Below are positions 9,413 through 17,977 of a stretch of DNA of 64,000 nucleotides, in pieces. Position 1 is the stretch's first letter; each line of letters begins with the position of its first letter. Below the pieces are notes generated by a model. The model was not told the origin of the DNA and did no database searches. It was given only the letters and a program-made list of their open reading frames with translations. The stretch comes from Candidatus Anstonellales archaeon (lineage in GTDB: Archaea; Micrarchaeota; Micrarchaeia; Anstonellales; J096). The translations under genes and the position numbers were made by a program. The stretch lies in NCBI GenBank assembly GCA_038890615.1, contig JAWAFI010000001.1, positions 34,611-98,610 on the forward strand, given 5' to 3'.

Positions 9413-10573
9413 ATGCTAGTGGGATTAGTAGGAAAGCCATCTTCAGGCAAATCAACTTTCTTCAGCGCAGCAACAATGGCCTCTGTGCCTATATCCCCTG
9501 TGCCTTTCACAACAATAGAGCCCAACATAGGTACTGCATATGTGAGAGTTGAGGACATAGGGAAAGAGTTCGGAGTGGTTAGCAATCCTAGGGAGGGCTA
9601 CATTGCAGGAGGGATAAGGTTCGTGCCTTTTGAGCTAATGGATGTTGCTGGGTTAATTCCAGGGGCAAGCGAAGGCAAGGGGCTTGGGAACCAGTTCCTT
9701 AATGACTTGGGCAGGGCAGATCTGCTAATTCATATAGTTGATATTTCAGGAAGCACTAATGAATTGGGGGAATACATAGGAAGCGGGCACGACCCCCAGG
9801 AAGATATTATATTCCTTGAGGATGAGATAAACAAATGGTACGGAAATGTTATTGAGAGAAATTTAGACAAAATGATTAGGTCTGTGAAGGCAGGCAAGAA
9901 AGAGGAAGAGGCAGTTGCTGAAGCGCTTTCCTCATTCAGGATTGACAAGTATTTGGCAAAGGAAACAGTGGAAAGGTTCGGAGGTCTAAACTCATGGAAG
10001 GAAAGGGTTAATGAGGTTGGCACTTTCTTAAGGCAGAGGACAAAGCCAATAATAATCGCAGCAAACAAAATAGACCTTGAGGAAGGGGGCAATAATTTTG
10101 AAAAAATAAAGGGCAGGTATTTTGCAGTCCCATGCTCTGCTGAAGCAGAGCTTGTGTTAAGGAAGGCATCAAAGGCAGGGCTTATCCACTACATACCTGG
10201 AGAGAATAAGTTTGAGGTTGTTGGAGCTCTTAATCCACAGCAGGAGAAGGCACTTGAATATGTGAATGAAAGGGTGCTAAAGAGGTTTGGAAGCACTGGG
10301 GTACAGGATACGTTGGATAAGGCAGTGTTTGAATTTTTAAAGTATATAGCAGTGTTCCCTGCAGGCAGCAAGCTTGAGGATTCAAAAGGAAGAATACTAC
10401 CAGACTGCTTCCTGATGCCCCCTGGAAGCACTTTGGTTGATTTTGCGAATAAAATACACTCTGATTTTGCAAAGAACCTGCTATTTGGGGTTGATGCAAG
10501 GACTAAGCAAAGGCTTGCTAAGGATTATAAGTTAAGACATAGGGATGCAATAGAAATAGTCTCGGCTGCCTAA
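9413..10573 (+). CDS. ychF: Obg-family YchF/OLA1 ATPase/GTPase with TGS domain
   Basis: GKPSSGKST, PFTTIEPN, DVAGL, ANKID and C-terminal TGS (IHSDF). True start is MLVGLVG at 9413; the track's 9371 start lies inside the tRNA. Confidence 0.92.
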   Translation: MLVGLVGKPSSGKSTFFSAATMASVPISPVPFTTIEPNIGTAYVRVEDIGKEFGVVSNPREGYIAGGIRFVPFELMDVAGLIPGASEGKGLGNQFLNDLGRADLLIHIVDISGSTNELGEYIGSGHDPQEDIIFLEDEINKWYGNVIERNLDKMIRSVKAGKKEEEAVAEALSSFRIDKYLAKETVERFGGLNSWKERVNEVGTFLRQRTKPIIIAANKIDLEEGGNNFEKIKGRYFAVPCSAEAELVLRKASKAGLIHYIPGENKFEVVGALNPQQEKALEYVNERVLKRFGSTGVQDTLDKAVFEFLKYIAVFPAGSKLEDSKGRILPDCFLMPPGSTLVDFANKIHSDFAKNLLFGVDARTKQRLAKDYKLRHRDAIEIVSAA

Positions 10574-11241
10574 GATTTAAGAAAGTTAAACGATTCAGGA
10601 TGGAGGTAAAAGGCCTTGAAAATGTCCAAAGTGGGGGCCTTGTAGTACTCCTTTAGCTTCACAGGGTCTGCATCGACTATTCTCTTTACTATGTAGTTGG
10701 CGTTCAGCACATAACCATAGTTTGTCAAGTAAACCGCAGCCCCCCTGTTCTTTATGAATGTGTAGTTAGTTTCCTTGCCGAAGTGTATCTGCGCTACTAT
10801 GCTGTCATCAACGTTCTTGTTAATCAAGACATAACCAAACCCTTTTGGTATTATAGTTGACTCCCCTTCTTCCAAGGTTAACCTAAGCACGTTGAATGAT
10901 GAGCTTGCCTTGTCCTCTGCCTGCAGGATTACCTGAACCCTTCCCAAGATGCACTGGATGTAGACGCCGTTGGATTCATCTACCTCAGTGCCTATTGTTT
11001 TTGTTATCTCTTCTCCTAATGGGGAATTAGTAAGAAGCACGAATGAAAAGGTAGGGTTTTCGTTCTTTACCTTGAAAACATAATACACTGCTTTGTCGCT
11101 TTGGGGCACTTCGTCTTTCAGCACTGGAAGCATAGTAGTATAGGAAAATGCCTCAAAAGGAAGAGATACATCATCAAGGAACATCAGCCTTCCACGCACT
11201 TCAAGTTTTTTTGGTTCTTCATAGATTTTCTTGTTTATCAA
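10570..11241 (-). CDS. Cupin-type glucose-6-phosphate isomerase-like protein, degenerate
   Basis: VYYVF, GEEITKTIG, ILGRVQVILQ, GESTIIPKGFGYVLIN and RGAAVY resemble the cupin PGI family. Confidence 0.55.
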   Translation of the reverse strand: MINKKIYEEPKKLEVRGRLMFLDDVSLPFEAFSYTTMLPVLKDEVPQSDKAVYYVFKVKNENPTFSFVLLTNSPLGEEITKTIGTEVDESNGVYIQCILGRVQVILQAEDKASSSFNVLRLTLEEGESTIIPKGFGYVLINKNVDDSIVAQIHFGKETNYTFIKNRGAAVYLTNYGYVLNANYIVKRIVDADPVKLKEYYKAPTLDIFKAFYLHPESFNFLKS

Positions 11242-11632
11242 TCAGCACCCCTCCTGATGTGATTTTCTTCTCATCCTTTGGCTGCTCATCCTTTACGAGC
11301 TTGCCCTCTTTCTCAAGCTTTACTACAACTGCCTTTAGGAAGAGAAGGATGTCTGAGCGGGTTTTTGCCATCTTTTCAAGCCTTTTCTCCATTGTCTCTA
11401 TGCTCCTCACCAACCCCAAAAGGAAACCTACTTCTATTACCTTCTTGCTCTTTGCCTGCTTAAGCTTCGCTGCAAGTATCCTTTTAAGAATGCCCAGCTG
11501 CTTGCTCAGGATTGCTGAGTCTTTCTCCTCTGACTCTATTTCTAGCTTTACAGAAAGCAGCAATCGTGCTACCTCATCCCAGTCGAGCTTCTCCACCCAG
11601 CTTACAAGTCTCTCCTCTTCTTCGAAGTCCAT
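11219..11632 (-). CDS. Hypothetical coiled-coil protein
   Basis: Start reassigned to MDFEEEERL at 11632 (the longer start overlaps tRNA-Met); TATA box about 23 nt upstream. Confidence 0.65.
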   Translation of the reverse strand: MDFEEEERLVSWVEKLDWDEVARLLLSVKLEIESEEKDSAILSKQLGILKRILAAKLKQAKSKKVIEVGFLLGLVRSIETMEKRLEKMAKTRSDILLFLKAVVVKLEKEGKLVKDEQPKDEKKITSGGVLIDKQENL

Positions 11633-11654
11633 TGTAAAGATTAAATAACTAATC

Positions 11655-11662
11655 TTTATAAA
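11655..11662. promoter_or_regulatory. Palindromic TATA box probably shared by divergent genes
   Basis: TTTATAAA lies about 23 nt from the minus-strand ATG (11632) and about 26 nt from the tRNA-iMet start (11688). Confidence 0.55.
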
Positions 11663-11687
11663 CCTATTCCCTGAGAACATAGAATAA

Positions 11688-11762
11688 AGCGGGGTAGGGT
11701 AGCCTGGAGTGCCCGCCGGGCTCATAACCCGGAGATCAGTAGTTCAAATCTACTCCCCGCTA
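11688..11762 (+). tRNA. Initiator tRNA-Met(CAT)
   Basis: A1-U72 pair and anticodon arm CCGGG-CTCATAA-CCCGG with three consecutive G-C pairs, the archaeal initiator signature. Confidence 0.95.
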
Positions 11763-11826
11763 TATTCTCTATATTTAAAAAAAATGAAAGGTTTAAAAAA
11801 TAAAATTAGCAATTAGCATATATATA

Positions 11827-13230
11827 GTGGTGTTAAAAATGAAAAAGGAAAAAATGTTTAACTATAGCAGTAAAAGAAGAAAGAACTTTGTGGCCAAATA
11901 TGATTTAATCGAAGAAGAAAGAACGATAACAATAATTTATCGTGAGAACGATCTCTATAAAAAGATAGTCCAAAAATTGTCAGAAGAGCTTGAAAAAAAA
12001 GGTTATTATTTGAACTTAAAGGAAATTCCAAAAGAATTTATAGAAGAAGACATACATGCATATTTAGAAAATAGAAAGTTCGCTGGTGTAATGATATGCG
12101 ATAAAACCATAAAAGAAATTTTATACAGGATACCACACAAAAATAAAGAGAAGCTAAGCAGCATGACTATTATCGATGATGTCATAAATAAAGTAATATC
12201 AGAAGAGTTGGAGAGAGCAATGAAAGAATGCAAAATTAATTATTGGTTACATGATGATGAAGATTATAAACATAATTACAAAAGAATTTTAGCTTATTTA
12301 TTTACAAAATTCCCTGAAAAGAAACCAAAGAAAATATATATAGTGGCTAATCGGCTAAAAGATCATTTTTCAGATCGTCTTTCTGACTTAGAAATTGGAA
12401 ATAAGATAGCTGAATGGACAAGTGAATTAGATCCAGAAATAGAAACAAAAGTAGTTACTGGATCTGTTTACCCTAAAAAAGGGTGTTGGATACTAGGTGA
12501 CAGGCACTACATAACTTATTCTTCGCCAGACAAGTGCATCTTTAGATTACCTCCAGAAAACTTATATGAAGATTTAAAAGATATTTTAGATATAAACATA
12601 GACATAGAAGGAAAAACTGTAAAGAGAATATCCCAACCATTTAAGTATAAACCTAAAAAGGGCAAAAAAATAATAGAAAGGGTTGAGCTCTCAAAAAAAG
12701 ATGAAGAATTGGCAAAGGTTTTGAAATTCTTTAAGATAGTTGATAACGTGTTATTAAAACATGCGCCAAAACTAGGCTATGATTACTTAAAAGAGAAAAG
12801 ATTAATAAATAAAGACCATTGCCTTGGAGTATGGAGTTGTGAAACAGGCAGCAGCTATGGTTTTGATACTCTTTATCTAATATCAAAAGAAGGAGAGGAA
12901 GGTAAGTGCAAAGTAAAGGAGTTAATTAATACATCGTCAACAAAAGGTTACATTTACATAAGCAACATTGAAGAAAATAATGAAAAGTTTGTAATATATG
13001 TACGTATTGAAGGGTATGGCAATAGCGAGAAAAGGACCATAGAGTTAGAAAAAAACAAGATAGAATATGAAATAGAAGATAATGTGGGGTTAGAATTAGA
13101 TGAGCAAAAATACCAATTTATAAATGAAGCTGGGTTGAAAAGATTAGAGAAATACTGCTCTCAAAGCCCTATCTCAAAAAAGATGTTTAGCGAGTATATA
13201 AAGAAGCTTAAGGATATCAGTGGTAAATAA
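11827..13230 (+). CDS. AT-rich hypothetical protein
   Basis: 467-aa ORF (ATG alternative at 11839), K/E/I-rich, visibly more AT-rich than core genes. Confidence 0.75.
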   Translation: MVLKMKKEKMFNYSSKRRKNFVAKYDLIEEERTITIIYRENDLYKKIVQKLSEELEKKGYYLNLKEIPKEFIEEDIHAYLENRKFAGVMICDKTIKEILYRIPHKNKEKLSSMTIIDDVINKVISEELERAMKECKINYWLHDDEDYKHNYKRILAYLFTKFPEKKPKKIYIVANRLKDHFSDRLSDLEIGNKIAEWTSELDPEIETKVVTGSVYPKKGCWILGDRHYITYSSPDKCIFRLPPENLYEDLKDILDINIDIEGKTVKRISQPFKYKPKKGKKIIERVELSKKDEELAKVLKFFKIVDNVLLKHAPKLGYDYLKEKRLINKDHCLGVWSCETGSSYGFDTLYLISKEGEEGKCKVKELINTSSTKGYIYISNIEENNEKFVIYVRIEGYGNSEKRTIELEKNKIEYEIEDNVGLELDEQKYQFINEAGLKRLEKYCSQSPISKKMFSEYIKKLKDISGK

Positions 13231-13269
13231 ATATTGTGACAAAAATAAAGCAGGTAAAATTATGAGTTG

Positions 13270-13333
13270 TCGTATGACTATGTCAACCCCTTCTATCATT
13301 TTAATCTTCTTTGCCAAGTCGTGATGGTTTTTT
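13270..13333 (-). pseudogene. Probable 3' fragment of the Lrp/AsnC pseudogene
   Basis: Minus strand reads HDLAKKIKMIEGVDIV, like the start of an AsnC/RAM domain, and continues the fragment at 14454-14609. Confidence 0.5.
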
Positions 13334-13412
13334 GAAGTTCAAGGGCAGGTGAAGAGGGAAATTTAGAAAATAGAGCATAAACGTTTATAAAAGATTAACT
13401 TTTGTAGTATTT

Positions 13413-14408
13413 ATGTCAGCATTAAAGGATCGCACAAACACTTATTCAGCAGTAAAGGATTTCATAGATGAGCACTTTAAGCATTTCAATGCGCTAAGCA
13501 TCAAGCTTGCATCACAGGCTTTCAGGAAGCATATTTCAAAAGGTGGCAAGATGTTCCTAGCGATGGCAGGTGCAATGAGCACTGCAGAGATAGGCATCGG
13601 GCTAGCAGAGATGATAAGGAGGGACAAAGTGCATGCAATCTCCTGCACAGGCGCAAACCTTGAAGAAGATATATTCAACCTTATAGGGAATAAGAGTTAC
13701 AAGCTTGTACCAAACTACAGGGAGCTTACACCTTCTGATGAGGAAGAGTTATTGAAGAAAAAATACAGCAGGATCACTGATGTTTGTATACCAGAGAAAG
13801 TGTTCAGGACTGTTGAGAAACCACTCATAAAGCTTTGGAAAAAGGCAGCTAAAGAAGGAAAGCGCTATTTCCCTTATGAGTTTTTCTACCAGCTGATAAA
13901 AAGCAGGGAGATTGAAAAATATTACCAAATAGATATAAAAGACTCATGGGTTGCTGCAGCTTGTGAAAAAGAGATCCCCATATTTGTACCAGGGTGGGAG
14001 GATTCTACAGTAGGTAACTTCTTTGTAGCTGCTGCCAAAAAAGGCAAGATACCTTCAATGGATGTGGTAAAGACAGGGTTGGAAACAATGGATTTTCTTA
14101 TAGATTGGTATAAGAAAAATTCAAGAAAAGCACCAATAGGTTTCCTCCAGATAGGGGGAGGTATAGCAGGTGATTTCCCAATATGCGTCGTGCCACTTAT
14201 AAAGCAGGACCTAAAGGAGAAATGCCCAGTGTGGAGTTACTTTTGCCAAATATCCGACAGCACAACCTCTTATGGTTCATACAGCGGAGCCCCCCCGCAA
14301 GAAAAGATAACGTGGGGAAAGATTGGGAAAAAAACGTCGAATTTCATAATAGAAAGTGACGCTACAATAGTTGCTCCGCTTATGTTTGCCTATGTGCTCG
14401 CTGATTAG
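13413..14408 (+). CDS. Deoxyhypusine synthase family protein (bacterial-like subtype)
   Basis: AGAMSTAE, CTGANLEED, VPGWEDST, QIGGGIAGDF, SYSGA and EKITWGK (catalytic Lys), ESDATIVAP. Confidence 0.9.
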   Translation: MSALKDRTNTYSAVKDFIDEHFKHFNALSIKLASQAFRKHISKGGKMFLAMAGAMSTAEIGIGLAEMIRRDKVHAISCTGANLEEDIFNLIGNKSYKLVPNYRELTPSDEEELLKKKYSRITDVCIPEKVFRTVEKPLIKLWKKAAKEGKRYFPYEFFYQLIKSREIEKYYQIDIKDSWVAAACEKEIPIFVPGWEDSTVGNFFVAAAKKGKIPSMDVVKTGLETMDFLIDWYKKNSRKAPIGFLQIGGGIAGDFPICVVPLIKQDLKEKCPVWSYFCQISDSTTSYGSYSGAPPQEKITWGKIGKKTSNFIIESDATIVAPLMFAYVLAD

Positions 14409-14453
14409 GTGCTACTGATTATTATCCTTGTTTGGGTTTTTGAGACACTAGCT

Positions 14454-14609
14454 TGGTTTTTTCTTTGAGGAGCTTAAGGTCTGCAGAGATTAGGACATAG
14501 GCGCTAGGCTTAGCCCTAACTTTTTCTTGTCAACCTATATTGTGAATTTCCTTATGGCGCCTATCTTCTCAAGCTTGGCAATCCTGGTGTGTACTGTAGT
14601 TGGGGATAG
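14454..14609 (-). pseudogene. Lrp/AsnC-family regulator pseudogene, HTH part
   Basis: LSPTTVHTRIAKLEKIGAIRKFTI*VDKKKLGLSL, then a 1-nt frameshift to AYVLISADLKLLKEK; in-frame TAG at 14535-14537; no start codon. Confidence 0.75.
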
Positions 14610-14680
14610 CGTAATTCTATGACAAGCAAGACCCTAATACAGGAAAGCACCTTACTATGATTTAATATACCCTGAAGGCT

Positions 14681-14926
14681 TTGGTGAATGGCTTTCAGGA
14701 GAAAAAGGGAACAGAATTTGGCACAATAGTTAAGAAAATAGAGGAGGAGAGGGGCACAGAAAAAAATAAGTACAAGGCATATTTAGAGATAGCCAAAAAG
14801 GTGTTTAAGCCCAGCGCTGGGGGTGACGTTGGGGTTGAAAGGCTGGTAAGGTACTTAAGCAGGAGAAAGCATATAAAAGAGGTTGTGCCTTTCCTTAGGG
14901 TTCCTGGGGAAAATGTAGTGCTCTAG
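14681..14926 (+). CDS. Small hypothetical protein
   Basis: 81-aa ORF with TTG start, TTTAATAT upstream and host-like codon usage. Confidence 0.4.
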   Translation: MVNGFQEKKGTEFGTIVKKIEEERGTEKNKYKAYLEIAKKVFKPSAGGDVGVERLVRYLSRRKHIKEVVPFLRVPGENVVL

Positions 14927-15186
14927 CATTTCCTTGCTAGGAGAAGCCCTATAGGCAATTCCAATGTTGCCAGCGCCAACGGGCAGGAATTATCCTCTGG
15001 CTCTTCACACTGCATCGCACATTCCATCTCCCCTTCGCCAGGATTATTGCATCCATCCTGCTCATAAATGAATGTGCCTCCTGACATCTCGCAGCATTTT
15101 CTCAAGCATTCTTTTCTCTCATCAGAAACTGAGAAAGCCAGGGATGCAAAAAGCATAAGCATGAAAAGATAGCCAAGCATCTTCAT
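14923..15186 (-). CDS. Small secreted Cys-rich protein with C-terminal Cys-TM-basic tail
   Basis: Signal peptide ending AFS-VSDE; Cys-rich core; ends SCPLALATLELPIGLLLARKC; AGGTGA Shine-Dalgarno overlaps the upstream stop. Confidence 0.7.
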   Translation of the reverse strand: MKMLGYLFMLMLFASLAFSVSDERKECLRKCCEMSGGTFIYEQDGCNNPGEGEMECAMQCEEPEDNSCPLALATLELPIGLLLARKC

Positions 15187-15190
15187 ACTA

Positions 15191-17431
15191 TCACCTTACA
15201 ACCCTGGCAAAGATAAACGAGCCAGCAAGAGCAAGCGGAAACACGAACAATATACCGCATAGCTTGTTGTTTCCTACTCCTGGAATTTCCTTCTGCTCGT
15301 ATTTCAATGAGGGATCTGTTGGGCTCCTTATCTGCTGGGTTTGGCCTGCGCTTAAGCTTATTTTCCCTCCATCAGCTTCGTATCTCCTTCCATTTGAATC
15401 AAACTTAACTTCAGTAATTTTCACTTCATGAGGGGTTAGATAGGTTGCATATTCAGGATTCTGCTCCAAGAATTTCTGGGTGTCGTAGGTTGAAACCTCA
15501 AAGCGAACATCTGTGCCTTCTGGCACGAATATCCATTCCTCGTCGTTTGAGAGATCCCCAGAAGCTATTGCGCCAGGAATCTGGTTCTCGTAAACACCTG
15601 TATTGTAGTTCATGCCAACGTGGTTGCCATTTGAATCGTATGCATGCAAATCAGAATCAGGGCTTGGGCCCTCTTCCCTTGGAGGGGCGCTTATCAACCT
15701 TCCTGGTATTTGGACAAACCCCCCTCCAAAAGCGTTTATTATTGCACCTGCCATGCTCCTTGGGTCATAGGGAACTATTTTTATTGTGGAGGAAGAATCT
15801 CCCTTAGATTGTAGGATTACCTTGAATTTGCCTGGAACGCTAGTGTATGATGAGCCTTCCCCTGATTGGCTGAACAGGGTTGCCCTAGGAACTCGCTGAC
15901 CATCAACTTCTATTTTTATTGAGGGAGCTTGAGGGAAGAGCGAATTTACCACTGGGTAGCCATCCCTCATTGAAACTTTGTATATTACCACTCCAGACTC
16001 TATGCCTCCGAATATCTTGGTACTATCCCTTGCCTCAATTATGTAGTAGTAATTAGCATCATTTGAGTTGGGATCATCCAAAACCAACAAGGAGTCCCCT
16101 TTCTTCATGTCCTCAAGAGCTGTCAAGGTATACGTTGAGTTAAGGGAGGCTTGTGAATAGCCTAGCCATCCTGCTGCATTCTTTGTGAAGCCAACCATAT
16201 GAGCAGGGTTTACTCCATTCCCTCCATTCCATGACCCATAGCCCATCAGCCCCCATTTGTAAATCTCCCCATACTGGCCATATCTTACTCCTTGGTAGTT
16301 GTAGCGGTCGCTTATTCTCGCGAATCCATTTGGAAGCTGGTGCTTTGAGGGTATTGAATGGCCGAATTCGTGCGCCCAAGTGCCCAAATCCCTGTTCTGG
16401 TTGAGGAATATGTAGTTCTTCACGTAAACCCTTCTCTTTCCTTGGGCTGCATCCACTTCTACGTAATTGGCATCGCTGTGCCAAACGCAGGCATCGTAAA
16501 AAATTGCGTTTTTATCTACCTGATGGCTTTCGCCTGGGTAGACTATAACAACCCTTTCAAGGTAGAGGTCATTTGGAAGGTCCTTGCCCTTGAAAGCTGC
16601 CTTTATTGCCTCTGCCGCATAGCGGTCAAAATCCACAACTCCATTTGCAAGCTTGTAGCTTGCCGTTGTGCCAGGCACCTCAAACCAATCATTTGTTCCT
16701 TTTGAGCCATCTGCATCCATGAATGAGAATTTGAATGGGGGGTATTGGCCATAGGAAACCACCCCATAGTATTCGTTGACTTTCTGAGCCAATCTTTCTG
16801 CTTTGGAGATTTTTTCCACCCCTGCCAAATCAGTTGGCTGGGCCATTATAACTACTGTGTCGCCATAGTCGCAAAGCCCCATCTCCTGCGCTGAAGTGGC
16901 AAAGGCGCTTGCAATGTCAACCTCATTGCCTTGGTCTGTCTCATCAGTGCCCATCATCATGTAGTTGCCGCAGACAAAAACTATTGTGCCGTGCTGAGTC
17001 ATGCATGTTTCCTCTTCGCTGGGCCCAAATATGCTCTCAAAAAAACCAGTCACGAATTCTTTTATGAATTTTGAAATTATGCCTTTAGGGTTGCACAGCT
17101 CCCCTGGCTTTGATATGTAAGCATCCCTGCCATGGAAACTGCTGTGCTCCATGTCAACCTCGCTTAGCACCCAGCTGTAATAAGCCCAATCAACCGGGTT
17201 GATAACTGCGATATAGCCGCGCACTTCTGAATCCTCCCCTTGACCATCTACTGAAATGAGGTAGGAAGTGCCTGGTATGCTGTCATCTGCGTTTCGCTGA
17301 GGAGGGGAAGCCCAGCCCAAGCGGGCGGCTGCCTTCTCGGCAACAGCTTTTGCTTTCTCTTCGTCTGAAACTGCAAAAGAAAGAGAAAAAGCCAAAACAA
17401 AAAACAGCAGTATCCCTATGAGTTTTGCCAT
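15191..17431 (-). CDS. Secreted M6 (immune inhibitor A-like) zinc metalloprotease-domain protein
   Basis: Signal peptide; GTWAHEFGH zinc motif; WGLMGYGSW Met-turn; NPAHM..K..AGW; YYIIEAR; GVVIYKV; C-terminal CG-TM-RVVR. Confidence 0.8.
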   Translation of the reverse strand: MAKLIGILLFFVLAFSLSFAVSDEEKAKAVAEKAAARLGWASPPQRNADDSIPGTSYLISVDGQGEDSEVRGYIAVINPVDWAYYSWVLSEVDMEHSSFHGRDAYISKPGELCNPKGIISKFIKEFVTGFFESIFGPSEEETCMTQHGTIVFVCGNYMMMGTDETDQGNEVDIASAFATSAQEMGLCDYGDTVVIMAQPTDLAGVEKISKAERLAQKVNEYYGVVSYGQYPPFKFSFMDADGSKGTNDWFEVPGTTASYKLANGVVDFDRYAAEAIKAAFKGKDLPNDLYLERVVIVYPGESHQVDKNAIFYDACVWHSDANYVEVDAAQGKRRVYVKNYIFLNQNRDLGTWAHEFGHSIPSKHQLPNGFARISDRYNYQGVRYGQYGEIYKWGLMGYGSWNGGNGVNPAHMVGFTKNAAGWLGYSQASLNSTYTLTALEDMKKGDSLLVLDDPNSNDANYYYIIEARDSTKIFGGIESGVVIYKVSMRDGYPVVNSLFPQAPSIKIEVDGQRVPRATLFSQSGEGSSYTSVPGKFKVILQSKGDSSSTIKIVPYDPRSMAGAIINAFGGGFVQIPGRLISAPPREEGPSPDSDLHAYDSNGNHVGMNYNTGVYENQIPGAIASGDLSNDEEWIFVPEGTDVRFEVSTYDTQKFLEQNPEYATYLTPHEVKITEVKFDSNGRRYEADGGKISLSAGQTQQIRSPTDPSLKYEQKEIPGVGNNKLCGILFVFPLALAGSFIFARVVR

Positions 17432-17478
17432 TGTCCCACAGGGGATAATAGGAGCATGGGTTTATAAAATTTTGGAGG

Positions 17479-17676
17479 CTAGAGGGTGGGAGCACCTGAT
17501 GCGCAGGCGAGCTGGCTTTCATCAAAGCGTATAACCCTCTTGAAGACCTTTTCAAGAGGGGTGTTCCCAAATGCCTTCCTGTAGGTTTTGTACCAGCCCC
17601 TGCCAACAGGCATGGTAAATCCTTGTGGCGTGATTATGTACCAAGCGCCTACATTGCCTTTTATTATGAGGAGCTC
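17479..17676 (-). pseudogene. 5'-truncated gene remnant
   Basis: Open 66-codon frame ELLIIKGNVGAWYIITPQGFTMPVGRGWYKTYRKAFGNTPLEKVFKRVIRFDESQLACASGAPTL* in host-like DNA, cut off where AT-rich DNA begins. Confidence 0.45.
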
Positions 17677-17977
17677 CTAATTAATACTAAGGAAGGGAGA
17701 AGCTGCTGGATTGTAATAAGAAGCGATCTGATGTATTCTTTTCTGTGGGGCTACGTTGTATGATTGGCTTTGTCACTATCTTCCTTATCTTTTTAGGATT
17801 TTGTACTTTACTATTTAGTTTTGGTTTCTTTATACACATGAGTTAGCTAGGTAATCCTGAAGCATTGCGACTTGTTGCACTTTGTTTTTATCAATCTAAC
17901 TTGGTAATATCTTCCACAATATCCTTGTTTAATAAATTGTCAAATTATTAAATGAGTATATTATAAACAAAAATAAG

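Noticed and set aside
9265..9585. ORFs overlapping tRNA-Ser, and the 9371 start for ychF
   Set aside because: They run through a well-formed tRNA; the G1 motif places the start at 9413
11633..11725. N-terminal extension of ORF 11219-11725
   Set aside because: It overlaps tRNA-iMet on the other strand; the TATA position supports the start at 11632
17760..17846. 28-aa hydrophobic ORF MIGFVTIFLIFLGFCTLLFSFGFFIHMS as a type I toxin
   Set aside because: Readily produced by chance in T-rich DNA; no promoter, Shine-Dalgarno or antisense-RNA evidence
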